From assembly GCA_963693365.1 (NCBI GenBank), contig CAVNZM010000001.1, positions 604,774-668,773 on the forward strand: a DNA stretch of 64,000 nucleotides. Direction: 5' to 3'. The notes under the pieces are model-generated. The model was not told the DNA's origin. It was given only the letters and a program-made list of their open reading frames with translations, and made no database searches. Below, one piece after another: positions 23,424 through 35,240 of the stretch. Position 1 is the stretch's first letter. The number at the start of each line of letters is the position of its first letter. Both the position numbers and the translations under genes were made by a program. Source of the stretch: Amoebidium appalachense. Lineage: Eukaryota > Protista > Ichthyosporea.

Positions 23424-24290
23424 GGAGGGACTGTGCAAGGGTAGCCTGACTTCTATGAAATACTAATAACGCATCAAGCTACCAGCCAAGCTTGTGTGTT
23501 CACGTTTTATAATTATATGGGGTACCGCGGCCCGATGCTGGAATACATGCCATGGGATTTTTAAATTTGAAATGTGCCAGGATGGAGGGGCGAGGGGAGG
23601 GGGGGGGGGGGGGGAGTAGTAAATATCGACGTCCCCCCCCTCCCCCCCCCCCCCCCCCCTTCTTTGAGGGGTGGTACTGGTAACTATCCCCCCCCCCCCC
23701 CCCCCCCCTCCCCCTCCCCCTCCCATCAGCAGCACCGTGGGTCCCCCCCCCCCACCCCCCACCCCCTGCCCCCCGCCTGGGTATTAAATCTGGTGAAAGT
23801 ATGTGTTTGTGTGTGTACGCGCGATGGCCATGGGGAGCCTGGTTGCGAGTCCCTCCCAGGCCTGCGAAGGGAGTGAGGGGACCCCGGGGGGGGAGGGGAG
23901 GGGAAGGGGGGGGGGGGGGGGGGGGGGGGGAGGGGGGGGGGGGGGGAGGGGCTGCTCTCTTGTGACTGTATGTGCCACGCCTGAGTTTCAGGTGATCAAA
24001 GAGTCCTGTTCGAGCAATAGGCTCCAATGTTACGGTTTTTGGGGTATACTATGATGTTAACGGTTACCACTGCTAAATCATAGCACTACTGTTATATGAT
24101 CACCGGGTTATCTAATTACAAATATAGTCATATGCATGGTGGCCTGGGGGGTGGGGCCCCGGGAGGAGGGGGAAGGGGGGGGGGGGGGGGGGGGGGGGGG
24201 GGGGCTAAGGGGGAGGGGGACCCAACAGACCACCTGTTCGAAGGGGAGGGTTCAAAGGGGAGGGGTGGGGGGTGGGGGAGTGGGGGGGAG
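22488..24290. repeat. Poly-G/poly-C low-complexity region with a repeated GGGTTTGAATGCGGAACACGGTACGAG unit
   Basis: Directly visible. The unit occurs at ~22582 and ~22703. Confidence 0.8.
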
Positions 24291-25164
24291 ATAAAAACTA
24301 CAACTGGAGTCCCCCCAACCCCGGGGTTCATGATCAGAATCAAGAACACACCCTCAGTGCTGTCTGATTACTATACCATATAACACAGGCCTGCGCGGCT
24401 ACAGGACCACAGCGAAGTCGATTCAGTTTATAAATTCCTACTAAATTTGGTTGTTTTATACACCTTTCTCAACATCCACGACGTGAGACCAAAAGAGTAC
24501 CGACCACATTATACGTAGGTATTCAGCAGACCTGCTGATCATGGTATTGTATCTGTTAAATTATAATAAAGAGGAATGCTGCAGATGCTGTGTGCATACT
24601 AATAATAATAATGATGACTGTCTAATAACATCCAGTCCAAAGAATTGCTAACGGCAGTATTTCGCCGGCACCTGTATATGTGCCATATGCATCGCGCAGG
24701 CAGACGTGTGCACGTGTATGTGCACAACCAATATGATGACTGTACACCTGATGTATGTCCATGCATGTACATGTGTGTGCACGCCGCATGATCATGATGC
24801 CACAGTGCAACAAACCCGTCCATAATGATGCCACGCTGCAGTATTGTTCATGTGGCACATGTAGTATTGGGCACTATGCTCGCTCGCCCACGTGACTGGC
24901 AATGATTCAGGTTGCGCGCATGCAAGGGATTCTTGACTTCTATTCTAGGCATGTGTCACGATATAAGATGAAAATAAAAATCCTAAATCCAGATAATGGT
25001 AAATTGTCAAAAATACGGAAAAATGTCAAAAATCTGGAAAAATGTCAAAAATCTGGAAAAATGTCATTTTTTTAATTTTTAGCAGATCATAATTGGAATT
25101 TTATGGACTTAATATTAATCTTAACTGTAAGCTAGGAATCCAGTACTATGTTCCTAGTACTCTA

Positions 25165-26847
25165 AGAATAGGAAAGAATAATTGAAAATAAAGGCTTTGG
25201 AAGAAGACCAAGGCTCTAACGAGAAGCGCCGTATCAGGACACGAAAGGTCAGCGAATATAAGTATCAAGCAATTGGTAATAAAGCTGGATCGCGCAAAGG
25301 AAACGTAGTGCTAGTCCCGTTGACAGGACTTGGCCCCAGAACTAATGAGGAACGAAACAACGGAGTATCATTAGAGACAGAAATCAACAGAGATCCCGAA
25401 AGTAGTGGCGAACGAAATCGGATTATCCCACGTTTAATGGATAGGTTCTGAGGAATCCATAGAGGGTAACTAGTCTAGACCCTGCATTCAGATCCCTAAT
25501 CCAGTCCATCGGGGTGTTCATTAATTTACACCCCTGATTGATGACGTACGATGAGTAGGTTGCGTGATGAGCGTTACTGAAGAGGAGGACCTCCTTCAAA
25601 GGATAAGAGTAGTTAGAGACCGATAGTGAACAAAGTAGCGTGAGCGAAAGGATGAAAGAGAACCCAATCGGGGATTGAAATAGAACTGAAATTCAAAGCT
25701 TAAGAGCAGTAGGAGTTCCATAAGGATGACTACGTACCTTTTGCATAATGGGTCTACGAGTATATAGTGTTAGCGAGGTTAATTCGAGAGATGTAGCCGA
25801 AGCGAAAGCGATTCAGAGTTAGCATTATATGACCCGAAACGGGATGATCTAAGCGTGTTCAAGTGGATACTTGAGTAATATCGAGTTGAAGGCTGAACCA
25901 GTTTACGTGGCAATGTAATTGGATGAAATGCGCTTAGGGGTGAAAGGCTAATCAAATTCCGTAATAGCTGGTTTTCCGCGAAACATATTGAAGTATGACG
26001 GTTCCGGGATTGTAATAAATGAAATCCCCAATATTCATCATGAAAGGTAAAGCACTGCAAGGATTCGAAAGACGTTCTGTAATAGAATGTAGGGTGGAGT
26101 GAAATCCATACCTAATCTAAGCAAACTCAGAATTAGCATGATGGAGAGAACTAGTCGGACTGTAAGCGATAAGGTTTATAGTCAAGAGGGAAAGAGCCCT
26201 GATCAAAAGCTAAGGTCTCAAAGTGGAATTAAGTGTGAAAGGAAGTTTCAATGCGGAGATAACAAGAAAGTAGGCTTGGAAACAGCCATCTTTGAAAGAA
26301 AACGTAACAGTTCATTGAATAATTATGCAATAGCCTAGTTCTAAACAAGCTTAGTTATTGCTAACGCATTGAAGCACCGAAGATTTCGGAGGCTAAATTC
26401 CAGCACCGAAGCTTTGAACTTAGAGATATTATGCTCTGAGTGGTAGCGGAAGAATCTGAATTTATTGAATCGATCTGAAAAGATCATAGTCAATTACTTT
26501 CATCGCAAGATAAATCTTTGACTCGTGTCTTTACTGACACACTTTGGAATTCAGATGACAAAATGTAGACATGAGTAAACAAAAGTCAGTGGATTGGAAG
26601 TCTGATACGTTGAGATTAGATGGAAGATCTGTGACACTGACTCGCCGAAAGTCCTAGGTTTTCTGCGTCCAGATAGACTGCGCAGAGTGCAACAGCTCCT
26701 AAGAGAAAAGCGAAAGCTGTACTCGATGGATTAACTAGAATGACAAGAGAATCGCAATGGCATTTAGGGTATCACTACTCTAATGACAATGGTTTCGTAT
26801 TCAGGAAACAATTCTAGTATATAGACTGTACTTAATCTGACACCAGG
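25165..26847 (+). rRNA. rnl: Mitochondrial large-subunit rRNA, 5' half (domains I-III), truncated; nuclear copy
   Basis: 23S-like landmarks in the correct order: AGAAATCAACAGAGATCCCGAAAGTAGTGGCGAACGAA, GACCGATAGTGAAC, CGTACCTTTTGCATAATGGGTC, GACCCGAAAC, GGGGTGAAAGGCTAATCAAA..ATAGCTGGTTTTCCGCGAAA, GTAGGCTTGGAAACAGCCA, CTGACACCAGG. The 5' end is approximate. Confidence 0.9.
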
Positions 26848-27589
26848 CCCCCTCCTCCCTTCTTCTATTCTAGGCTTCTGTCACGATATAAGATGGAATT
26901 TCCAATCCTAAATACAGAAAATGGCAAATTTCCGGAAAATCATCAAAATCTGGAAAATTGTCAAAAATCTGGAAAATGTCAAATTTCGGGAGTGACGACC
27001 TTGAGATTTGTAATTATAGCAGATCATATTTAGGATTTTATAAGAATCTTAAATTGTAATTAACCTATTTATAAGGGAAAATAAGGGTAAATAATTTAAA
27101 AATCCTAAATACAGAAAATGGTAAAATCGATTTTTCGGAGTGACGATCTTGGAAATTGTAATTTTAGTATGCCGTATTTTGGAATTTATAAGAATCTTAA
27201 AGAGGTATTAACTGATTTATAAGGTAAAATAAGGGGAAATAGTTTAAGATTAGGGGTACAGAAGATATCGAAATGTCAATTTTCGGGAGTGACGATCTGG
27301 AAAATTGTAATTTTAGCTGAGCAGGAATTGGGTACCTACGGAAGCCTATGGAACTTTCGCGGTGCTCCAAATTATGGATTTTATATGATTCTTAAGGCAA
27401 AAAAGAAGAAAGTAAGGAAGTACTATGTTATAGTACTTAATTCTTAGGAAATTTTAAAAGTAGGGGCGAGTTGCAAGTCCTAGAGCATAAGTTTCTTAGC
27501 GATAAGGCTCTTTAGAGACTCTCACAATCAACTTGTCGATCGTAGGGATAAAAGCATAAGACTTTTATCTTAGTGAGAAAGCTCGACTG

Positions 27590-28200
27590 AGACTCAACCA
27601 GAAGGGAGTCGAGAGTATAATTGGGTTAACTACCAGAGGAGAATCAAAAGTCTGATTGGGGGGAATTACGAGAGGCGAGAGTATGATTGGGTGACCTACC
27701 TGAGGCGAGTCGAAAGTCTGATTGGGGGAAACTACCAGAGGCGAGTCAAGGGTAGGTAAATTGGCATTTTTATTACTTTACCTAATCAAAATCGGGGATT
27801 TAACCGATCAGGGACTGGGTACCTACGGAAGCCTATGGAACTTTCGCGGTGCCCCCCCCCCAATTTATGGACTTAATACTATTTATTAGAGCAGGTAATT
27901 CCTAAGGGTTAATAAGGTCGTTGTCGTTCCTTTTTATCTCTTTATACTATTGAGTATCTACAATAGTATACTCTATTAAATATTTATAATCTATTTTTTT
28001 TTGTGCGTACCTTGATTCTTATTGAAAGAGGTATCCTTTAGTTTGTACCTTGGTTCTTATTATTTGCATTAGAGTACTAGACGAGTGGTGGCTCAAGCGA
28101 GACTCTCACAATAAATACCAGAGGCGAGTCGAAAGTCTGATTGGCGGAATTACCAGAGGGGAGTCGAGAGTATGATGGGATGAATTACGAGAGGCGGCTC
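27590..28200. repeat. Two clusters of ~34-bp GC-richer repeats (ACCAGAGGCGAGTCGAAAGTCTGATTGG type)
   Basis: Units visible at 27590-27752 and 28113-28200. Confidence 0.75.
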
Positions 28201-28531
28201 AAGCGAGACTCTCACGACGAGTTGCAAGTTCTAGACGAGCTTGTTGTCGTATGAGGACAAGAGCATAAGACTATTTTCTTAGGGAGGAGGCTCTCCAAGA
28301 TTTAGAATGCCACAATGATTGAATTAGTTGAAAAGAATAAAGATGGCATCATTATTATCAGTATCAGTATTAATATGTTTATCTCAACTCGTCCTAGAAA
28401 TATATATAATGATGTATATTAAAGCAGGTGCCTTTGTAGGATTATTAATAACAAATTTTTCCCTATCAATTTATATCGAAGTGATTGTACCAGATACGGT
28501 ACTCGGAGACCATCATATTAAAAATATGATC

Positions 28532-28925
28532 ATGACAGCACATGTATTATCGAATCCCATATCAATTAGTTTTACCAAGTCCATGGCCAATTTACGCCTC
28601 TTTAGCAGCATTAGTATTCACAGTAAGTACTGTATGTTGATTTCATAATTATAAAAATGGAGATATAATGATGATTATCGATTTAGAACCACTTAGTTCC
28701 GAGGAGGAAATTCCTTGAATTGTTTGAGTTAGAAATTTCTCTTGAAGAGAAGAAGTAATGATTCCTTTCAGTGTATCATAAGCTTTATTATTCTTTTTAA
28801 ATTTATGAGTTTACTTTAATAGCTGCCTTCCTCCTCGGTTGAATTAGGATTTAGTATCTCAAATTACTATATTCTATTGAAATTAAGGTATTAAAATCCA
28901 ATACCTCTTAAATACTGCTATTCTT
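28532..28925 (+). pseudogene. cox3: cox3 fragments (degenerate, frameshifted)
   Basis: MTAH../PYQLVLPSPWPIYASLAALVFTVSTVC(TGA=W)FHNY at 28557-28687; LFFLNL(W)VYFNSCL../SVELG at ~28786-28850; IKVL..IPLLNTAIL at ~28880-28925. Confidence 0.8.
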
Positions 28926-28926
28926 A

Positions 28927-29236
28927 ACTCCATCATCACTTCTATTAGGGCCATCAGCATTAGTAAAACAAGGTGCGGTAAGTGGTACTAACATAAATGG
29001 TATACTTTAAATTTAGCCATATGTTGAGATGTAACAATGGACAATCAGCAGAAAACCAAAATAAATTATATATTTATTAGTAGGATTCTCAGAAACTACA
29101 GGCTAAACTAACTATTTCATTATTATATAGAAACGTTTGGATAAAATATTCTAACTGCGTATAATATTGTATGCTGTTATCCATTCTTATTCTAATTATA
29201 AACTCATTCTGGAGACTTAGTTAATTTAGCTATTTC
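28927..29236 (+). pseudogene. cox1: cox1 fragments
   Basis: TPSSLLLGPSALVKQGAVSG at 28927-28990 resembles PPSLILLLxSALVEQGAGTGW. THSGDLVNLAI at ~29201-29236 resembles HSGxSVDLAIFS. Confidence 0.65.
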
Positions 29237-30690
29237 AACACCCATAGATTTTAAGCCTGATACGTTGAAGTACAATAAAAAATCTGTAATGTTGATTAGC
29301 CGAAAACCCTAAGTTTTCTACTTCCAGACAGCCTACGCTGAATGTAACTTTATCATTTAGAGTGTCTAAAGAGCCTTATCGCTAAGAAACGTTCTTATGC
29401 TCGGATAAATTCTACTTACTCGTACAAGGTGAATTGGTAATCTGATGATTACAAGAGTCTCTCTTGAGCCTTATCGCTAAGAGAAGAGTCTTATACTCTT
29501 GTCCTCATATGACGACAAACTTGTCTTATATTTACAATCTGATAGCAGTGAATAGACGTTAATGTAATAAAGTGTTGATGTAATGTTCTTTTTGGAACTT
29601 GATATAAAGAATATCTTAATTTTGGTATAGGCTAAAACAACCTAAAACTTTAAGTACTTTTAATATTAATAACCTTAAATCTACAACAACTCTGGACACA
29701 AGTAGCAAGCCTTCTTTAATTTTGCATTTTATGTGTATTCACTAGAATATTATTATTATCAACTAAAGGAATATTATTTTTAGTTAGTATTTTACTTCCA
29801 TTAGTTATATTTGCAGGATCAAAATTTAATTAAGCTCTCTTTGTTATTTAAACTTATGTATTCATATTCTTTAGCATGATTACTTTTTATAAGTAATAAA
29901 ATTTTCTCTCCCTCCCTAGTTAAGTAGTTATTTAATACTAACTCTTGTTATTACATAATTGGAGATTTACATCATGATGTAACGATGCTTGAATTATCTG
30001 GGATACCAAATTCATAAGTTAAATTAACTATGTAGTAATATAGCTAGGTATAAAAGATGGCAACTTCTAAATTCAAAATATGTAATGCATAGTTAGGTTT
30101 CCTTGAGAAATTTGTTCTTATGAGTTCGTACTAGAGTCTCAGTATAGTCACTGGTTTAAGGGCACTCGCATTAAAGTAGTTATAACTTGAAAGCTCTTTC
30201 AGTAGCTGATTGTGGGATGGGAGAACAAGATTAATAGATCATTGTATCAGATTGAATAAACGAGTAGTATTAAGGATGGGGATTAGGTTTAAGAGTTCAA
30301 ACTTCATATGAGATACGAGATGATGATTGAATAGTTAATAATGGATTACTAAAAAGTATACCCTTTAGAGGTTTAAGCTACGCCTTGTATGAGAAGAATA
30401 CTTAACCTTTTTAATGTTATAAAAGTCTAGATAAAGACCTTGGTTATAGGGGAGGGAGGGCCTATACTTGTCTTGCGATTTACTTTTACATAGTGAGTAA
30501 ATAGTTAGGAATGTAAAATAAATCAGCGGATGTTTACAATCCATAACAGAGGTTTTTAAGCAAGGAGATATGGGAGACTTCGGGCTATCTATATTGTTGA
30601 AAAAGCTGAGGTAGCAGATGAATAGTAATAGCTGGATTAGATAACTAAAGCAGAAAAGCATATGGAACAGAGAATAATAACGATTATAGT

Positions 30691-31170
30691 TTGGGAGGTA
30701 AACGTGTTAAGGCTTCGGTAAAGGAGTTTAGGGTTAATTCTTTGAGAAAGATATTGCTTGCGGGTCTTATTAAACTCGGAGAACTTATCAAAGCAAATGC
30801 TAATAACGAATTGCTTATTATTACTAAATTACGTATCATTATTAGTAACATGGACATACTTATGACCGCATATTCTGTTAATAAGTCAAAACCTGGTAAC
30901 TTTACTCCAGGATACAATAGAGGTCTTTTAAATGATATTACCCAAAGAGATTTGAGCCCTTAGCCAGAGCCATTGGGTTTAGAACTTTCAGCTTTATACT
31001 TTCACGTTATGTTAAAATATCAAAGCCTAAAATAAGATTACATCTCAAGGCATTATCTCTCCTGGAAACAAAATTATTTTAAAAACTATGATAATTGTGT
31101 TTGAAATCCTCTTAGAGTCCACATTCTTACTACAGTTCCATGATTTCCATATAGAGAGAGACTGTTATAT
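30691..31170 (+). pseudogene. Degenerate group II intron reverse transcriptase/maturase N-terminus
   Basis: AYSVNKSKPGNFTPG, then across frameshifts FSF..SRYVKISKP and GIISPGNKII..MIIVFEILLESTF..FHDF. This matches RT-0/1/2 of mitochondrial group II intron proteins (IKSKPGNMTPG..RRVxIPK..LGIxSPRDKIVQ..EPxF..SHGF). Confidence 0.7.
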
Positions 31171-31978
31171 TGCATTGAAAAGCTAACCCTGTGTACACTA
31201 AACTAGTTCTAATAAAAATTCAGACTAATGATGAAAAGGTTAAGCGTATTCTCATAGCTAAATTGCATACTAAAGGAATTAGAGGTGGCTTAGTCACTAA
31301 CTCAAACGTTAAAAGAAGCAATTTGTAATATATGCAGATAACATTCTTAGCGTTTTCATGGATATTAAAGAAGCTCTTTAAGCTTTCTAGGTTAAAGAAC
31401 TTAAGTCTCCATTATTAGACGAATAATTTCCCATCACCTCCCCACGCTAAGGATAAGGAGGCGATGTTTCTTATACCTATGGTAACATTCATACGATACA
31501 AAAAGCAAATTATAAAAGCAATCTACGTTAAGAACAAACGTGGAGTAGTAAGTTTAATAAAATGCACACACCTGTTAGTTCTTAGCATTAAACTCGTAAT
31601 GAAATTGTAGGAAAAAGATTATTGTAATAAAGGTAAAACTAGAATCTCCACTAGCTTAAAGAAGTTTTTGTGCACTTGGAAGAAACTTTGTCGTTAGACA
31701 GAAATTTATACTTTTGTTTACAAGACAGATGATTTACCATTAAGTTATACTAACTAAAACTGTTCATCCAAGAGCTTGAATTAATAACACTTATATTGGA
31801 GAGACCCTAACAGAGTAACTCTGAATATTCAAAGTATTAAACTAATTTAGTTATAAAGATAATATAAATCTATAAAAGATTCTAAGTATTGAAAAAGTTT
31901 TACTGTAATAATAATACAACTTTAGTAGAAAAAGTCAAACTTTCATAGGAAGGGTCCAACTAGGTTAGGAGAGATAAT

Positions 31979-32174
31979 ACACACTTAGGAAAGATCATGC
32001 ACACTTAGTAAAGATCGTGCACACTTAAGAAAGATATTACGCACTTAGAACAAAATCATGTGCATTTAGGAGAGATTCTGCACACTTAGGAAAGATCATG
32101 CGCACTTAAGAAAGATCTTGCGCACTTAGGAGAGATTTTGCACACTTAGAAAAGATCCTGTGCACCTGGAAAGG
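31979..32174. repeat. ~20-bp tandem repeat (CACTTAGGAAAGATCATGCA) x ~9
   Basis: Directly visible; units are contiguous with no unique spacers. Confidence 0.9.
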
Positions 32175-32477
32175 TACCTTGTGATTTAATAGGAGTCTAT
32201 ACTCTTATCTTAGTATATATACAAATAATATTTATTTCAATTATCAGTCGCATACTTTACCTATTAAGCTAAATACCTTGAAAATTAGAAGACATTTAAG
32301 ATTTGAAAATGCAAATTTTTGGTAGGAAGACAAATCTCATAACTAAAATATAAGACTATCTGTCTTAATAATAAAGTACTAAACAAATGGTGGTTCTATT
32401 GTAACTTAATACGAGCATAGGAATTTAAGATTACTTTAACAATCATAACTTGAACCCATAATATCTTAATAGAAAGT

Positions 32478-32941
32478 AACTCTGTACGTCTTAAATACCC
32501 TATCTATTAAGCTACAGGGATAATCAATATTAAAAGGAGTTACATTAACATGCTTCACCAATTAAGTTTGATGCTTGTAACATATCTCGAATAAGAATTG
32601 AATTTATAACATTTACATTGGAAGAGAAAGTAGAATTACCGTCGAAACTCTGTACGTCTCAAATATCCTATCTATTGAGCTACAGGGATAATCAATATTA
32701 AAAGAAGTTACATTAACATGCTTCACCAATTAAATTTGATGCTTGTAACATATCTCAAATAAGAATTGAATTTATAACATTTACATTGGAAAAGAAAGTA
32801 GAATTACCGTGGAAACTCTGTACGTCTCAAATACCCTATCTATTGAGCTACAGGGGTAATCAATATTAAAAGGAGTTACATTAACATGCTTCACCAAATA
32901 AGTTTGATGCTTGTGACATATCTCGAATAAGAATTAAATTT
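32478..32941. repeat. 168-bp tandem repeat x ~2.8
   Basis: AACTCTGTACGTCT at 32478, 32646 and 32814. Confidence 0.9.
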
Positions 32942-34668
32942 CTACTCTACTAAATTACAAAAATGGTAATTCACCCTAATCGGCTAAAATTACAAGAATG
33001 ACAATTCACCCTGGTTGGCTAAAGTTACAACGATGGCAATTCACCCTGATCGGGATTTAGGAATTGGATTTTCATCTTATATACTAATAGAAACTAGGTG
33101 TAAGAGTAGAGTACAAGTGGGTACCTACGGGAATCGACGGAACTTTCGCGGTGCTTCAACCTACGAATTAGACTTAGGAGTCTAATGGACTAATACGTCT
33201 CGACTCAAAAAGTACTTGATTTACTATTAAAGATTATTATTAATTCCATAAAGTCCAATTCTTGATCTGCTAAATTTCCGATTACCAAATTCGTTCCTTC
33301 TGGATCAAGATTTTTAACAATTTACCATTATCTGTAAATAGGATCTTAATTATCATCTTATATACTGAAGCTTGGAGCCCCGCGAAAGTTCCGTCGATTT
33401 CCGTAGGTACCGAATGATTTGATGCTACTTCTAACATTGAATAGTTTAATTCAACTTCTAACATTGAATAGTTTAATTCTACTCCTTTCTTCCATTTAAG
33501 ATCTATAATTTGTTAAGCCTCCGATTATCAGAATCGTCACGTCTGAATCGAGATTTTCAAAATCGGCTTCTAACCCTATTCCATTTTCCTACTATTGAAG
33601 GATTTAATTCAACTCCTAGGGTATTAATAACCTAATACTCTATTCTTTCATTGTCTTTAATATTCTTATTAATTGCCTAAACTGGAGCACCGCGAAAGTT
33701 CCGTAGATTTCCGTAGGTACCAAATTATAATCTGTTTAAACTCCAATGGCAGATGCGTCACTTCTGTATTCTGAATTTTAAACTAAATTACCCTTATTTA
33801 CCCTTATAAATATGTTAATAACAATTTAAGATTTCTATTGCATCCAAAAATCCAAGACGGCCACTCGGCAATCCAAGACGGCCACTCGGAAATCATAAAA
33901 TTACCCCTCCCTAGTTACATGCCTAGAATAAGAGTAGAGAGAGATATCTAATTATCATACACCCACCCTATATCTCAAAATACCCCTATATACAAAGCTT
34001 CAAGTAAGAAGAAGAGAGGAGGGGGGCGAGATGAAATAACTAGACTGGGCCTGGCCGGCACCCATTATGCGGGATTAGCAGCACACGGGGGTGGCGTTTC
34101 TCGTGCTTTGCTTATACGCACAAAGTATCAGGACCAAAACTTGCCGATCACTGTGTGGTCGTGTGTGGAAAATGGGAAAAGATGATGCGCTCATGAGAAA
34201 TGGGCTGGTGCGAAAACCGGGTTGTGTGTGCTACAATATAAAAAATGATATGGCTGTTGCAAAAAAAAAAAAAAAGGCCTCATTGCGGGGCGACGTCCGA
34301 ATAGTAAGCAAATGCATCCTCGTGTATCCGTAGTTATCCGTGGACTGCTGTGACCATCCGTCCGTAAAAATGAGCTATCGTAGCATGCTAGCAGAGCGCG
34401 CGTGTGGAAGCGTGTTTACCTGGTTACCCCCGAGGGAGACCTTCCTTTTCTGCTACCATGCGACATCGAAATGTGATGGGAACATGAATTTGAACACGGA
34501 TGAAAGTCGGATGGGGGAGGGATGGTCACAGCTTTCATTGACAAGAAATAAGTTTTGGACAAGGAAAAGACTGAGGACGCCAGGTCCCGGAAGCCCCATT
34601 TACATCGTGATGTTTATTGATCTGGGGGGCTTCCGTGTCTGGGGTGACTCGATGTATATCTACGTCAC

Positions 34669-35240
34669 AATTTTCCAATCAGAGAGACGAAAACTATGAG
34701 GGTAACTAAATCGATCGAAATGCCTGTCGACACATAGAAGATAAAACGCAATCCTCTAATGAAAGTAATCTTCTAATAAAAGCACGGAAACATTTAACAA
34801 AATGAAACCACTTATGTATCTATTAGTTCACATCATATATCTATACATGTTCTTAACATAGCACGTCTAAATATAAGTATTCCTAATAGTTGGGGAACAT
34901 AGAACAATGCTGCGTCGTGAGAAAAGAAGGGAAAGGAATGAGGATAGAAATGAATGGAATGGGAAAGGAATCGAATAGAATTAATGAGGAATGTAGTTAC
35001 TATATTTGGGAAAATACAACGAGATCTGATTGGACGACATATTTAGACATTGACACAAACGACAATACGTGTGCGCGGGCTAAATATCTCGATGTGTACA
35101 CAGATCTAAGATATCTGTGCACACGGAAACAGAAAGGAAAGAAAGAAAGGAAAAGGGAAAAGGAAACAAACTACAACAAACTAATAAACATATATTAAAC
35201 TCAACTTCTAAGTCTTGCCGATAATCATGGGAAGATGACA
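34669..35240 (-). mobile_element. Copia LTR family A, truncated diverged copy
   Basis: Reverse complement of 40770-41280; terminus ..GGGAAGATGACA at 35240. Confidence 0.85.

Larger units (their letters stand above)
24937..34026. other. NUMT: nuclear insertion of mitochondrial DNA, apparently two end-joined linear chromosomes (24937-26847 and 26848-34026)
   Basis: Abrupt shift to AT-rich DNA without microsatellites. Contains rnl, cox3/cox1 fragments read with TGA=Trp and a group II RT remnant. The terminal module occurs at 24937 and 26848 and is inverted at 33680-34026. Confidence 0.85.

Noticed and set aside
25182-26338. ORFs 25182-25451, 25779-26060 and 26099-26338
   Set aside because: They are incidental frames within the rRNA sequence.
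25165-26847. Bacterial 23S rRNA (contaminant or HGT)
   Set aside because: The sequence is highly divergent and has no 16S/ITS context. It is flanked by the same terminal modules as the segment carrying cox fragments with TGA=Trp, so a mitochondrial origin fits better.
29700-30050. Possible nad-gene fragments
   Set aside because: Only generic hydrophobic AT-rich codons and an LSGIP-like word are present, which is insufficient without a search.
30135-30200. Possible mitochondrial tRNA remnant
   Set aside because: Only a D-arm-like start is visible; I could not fold a T-arm or cloverleaf.
31979-32174. Regular short repeats resembling a CRISPR array
   Set aside because: Units are contiguous 20-mers without unique spacers, there are no cas genes, and the context is eukaryotic/mitochondrial.
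26848-34026. Polinton, linear plasmid or endogenous virus explanation for the TIR-bounded 7-kb unit
   Set aside because: There is no DNA polymerase B, RNA polymerase, integrase or capsid ORF and no TSD; the cargo is mitochondrial gene debris.
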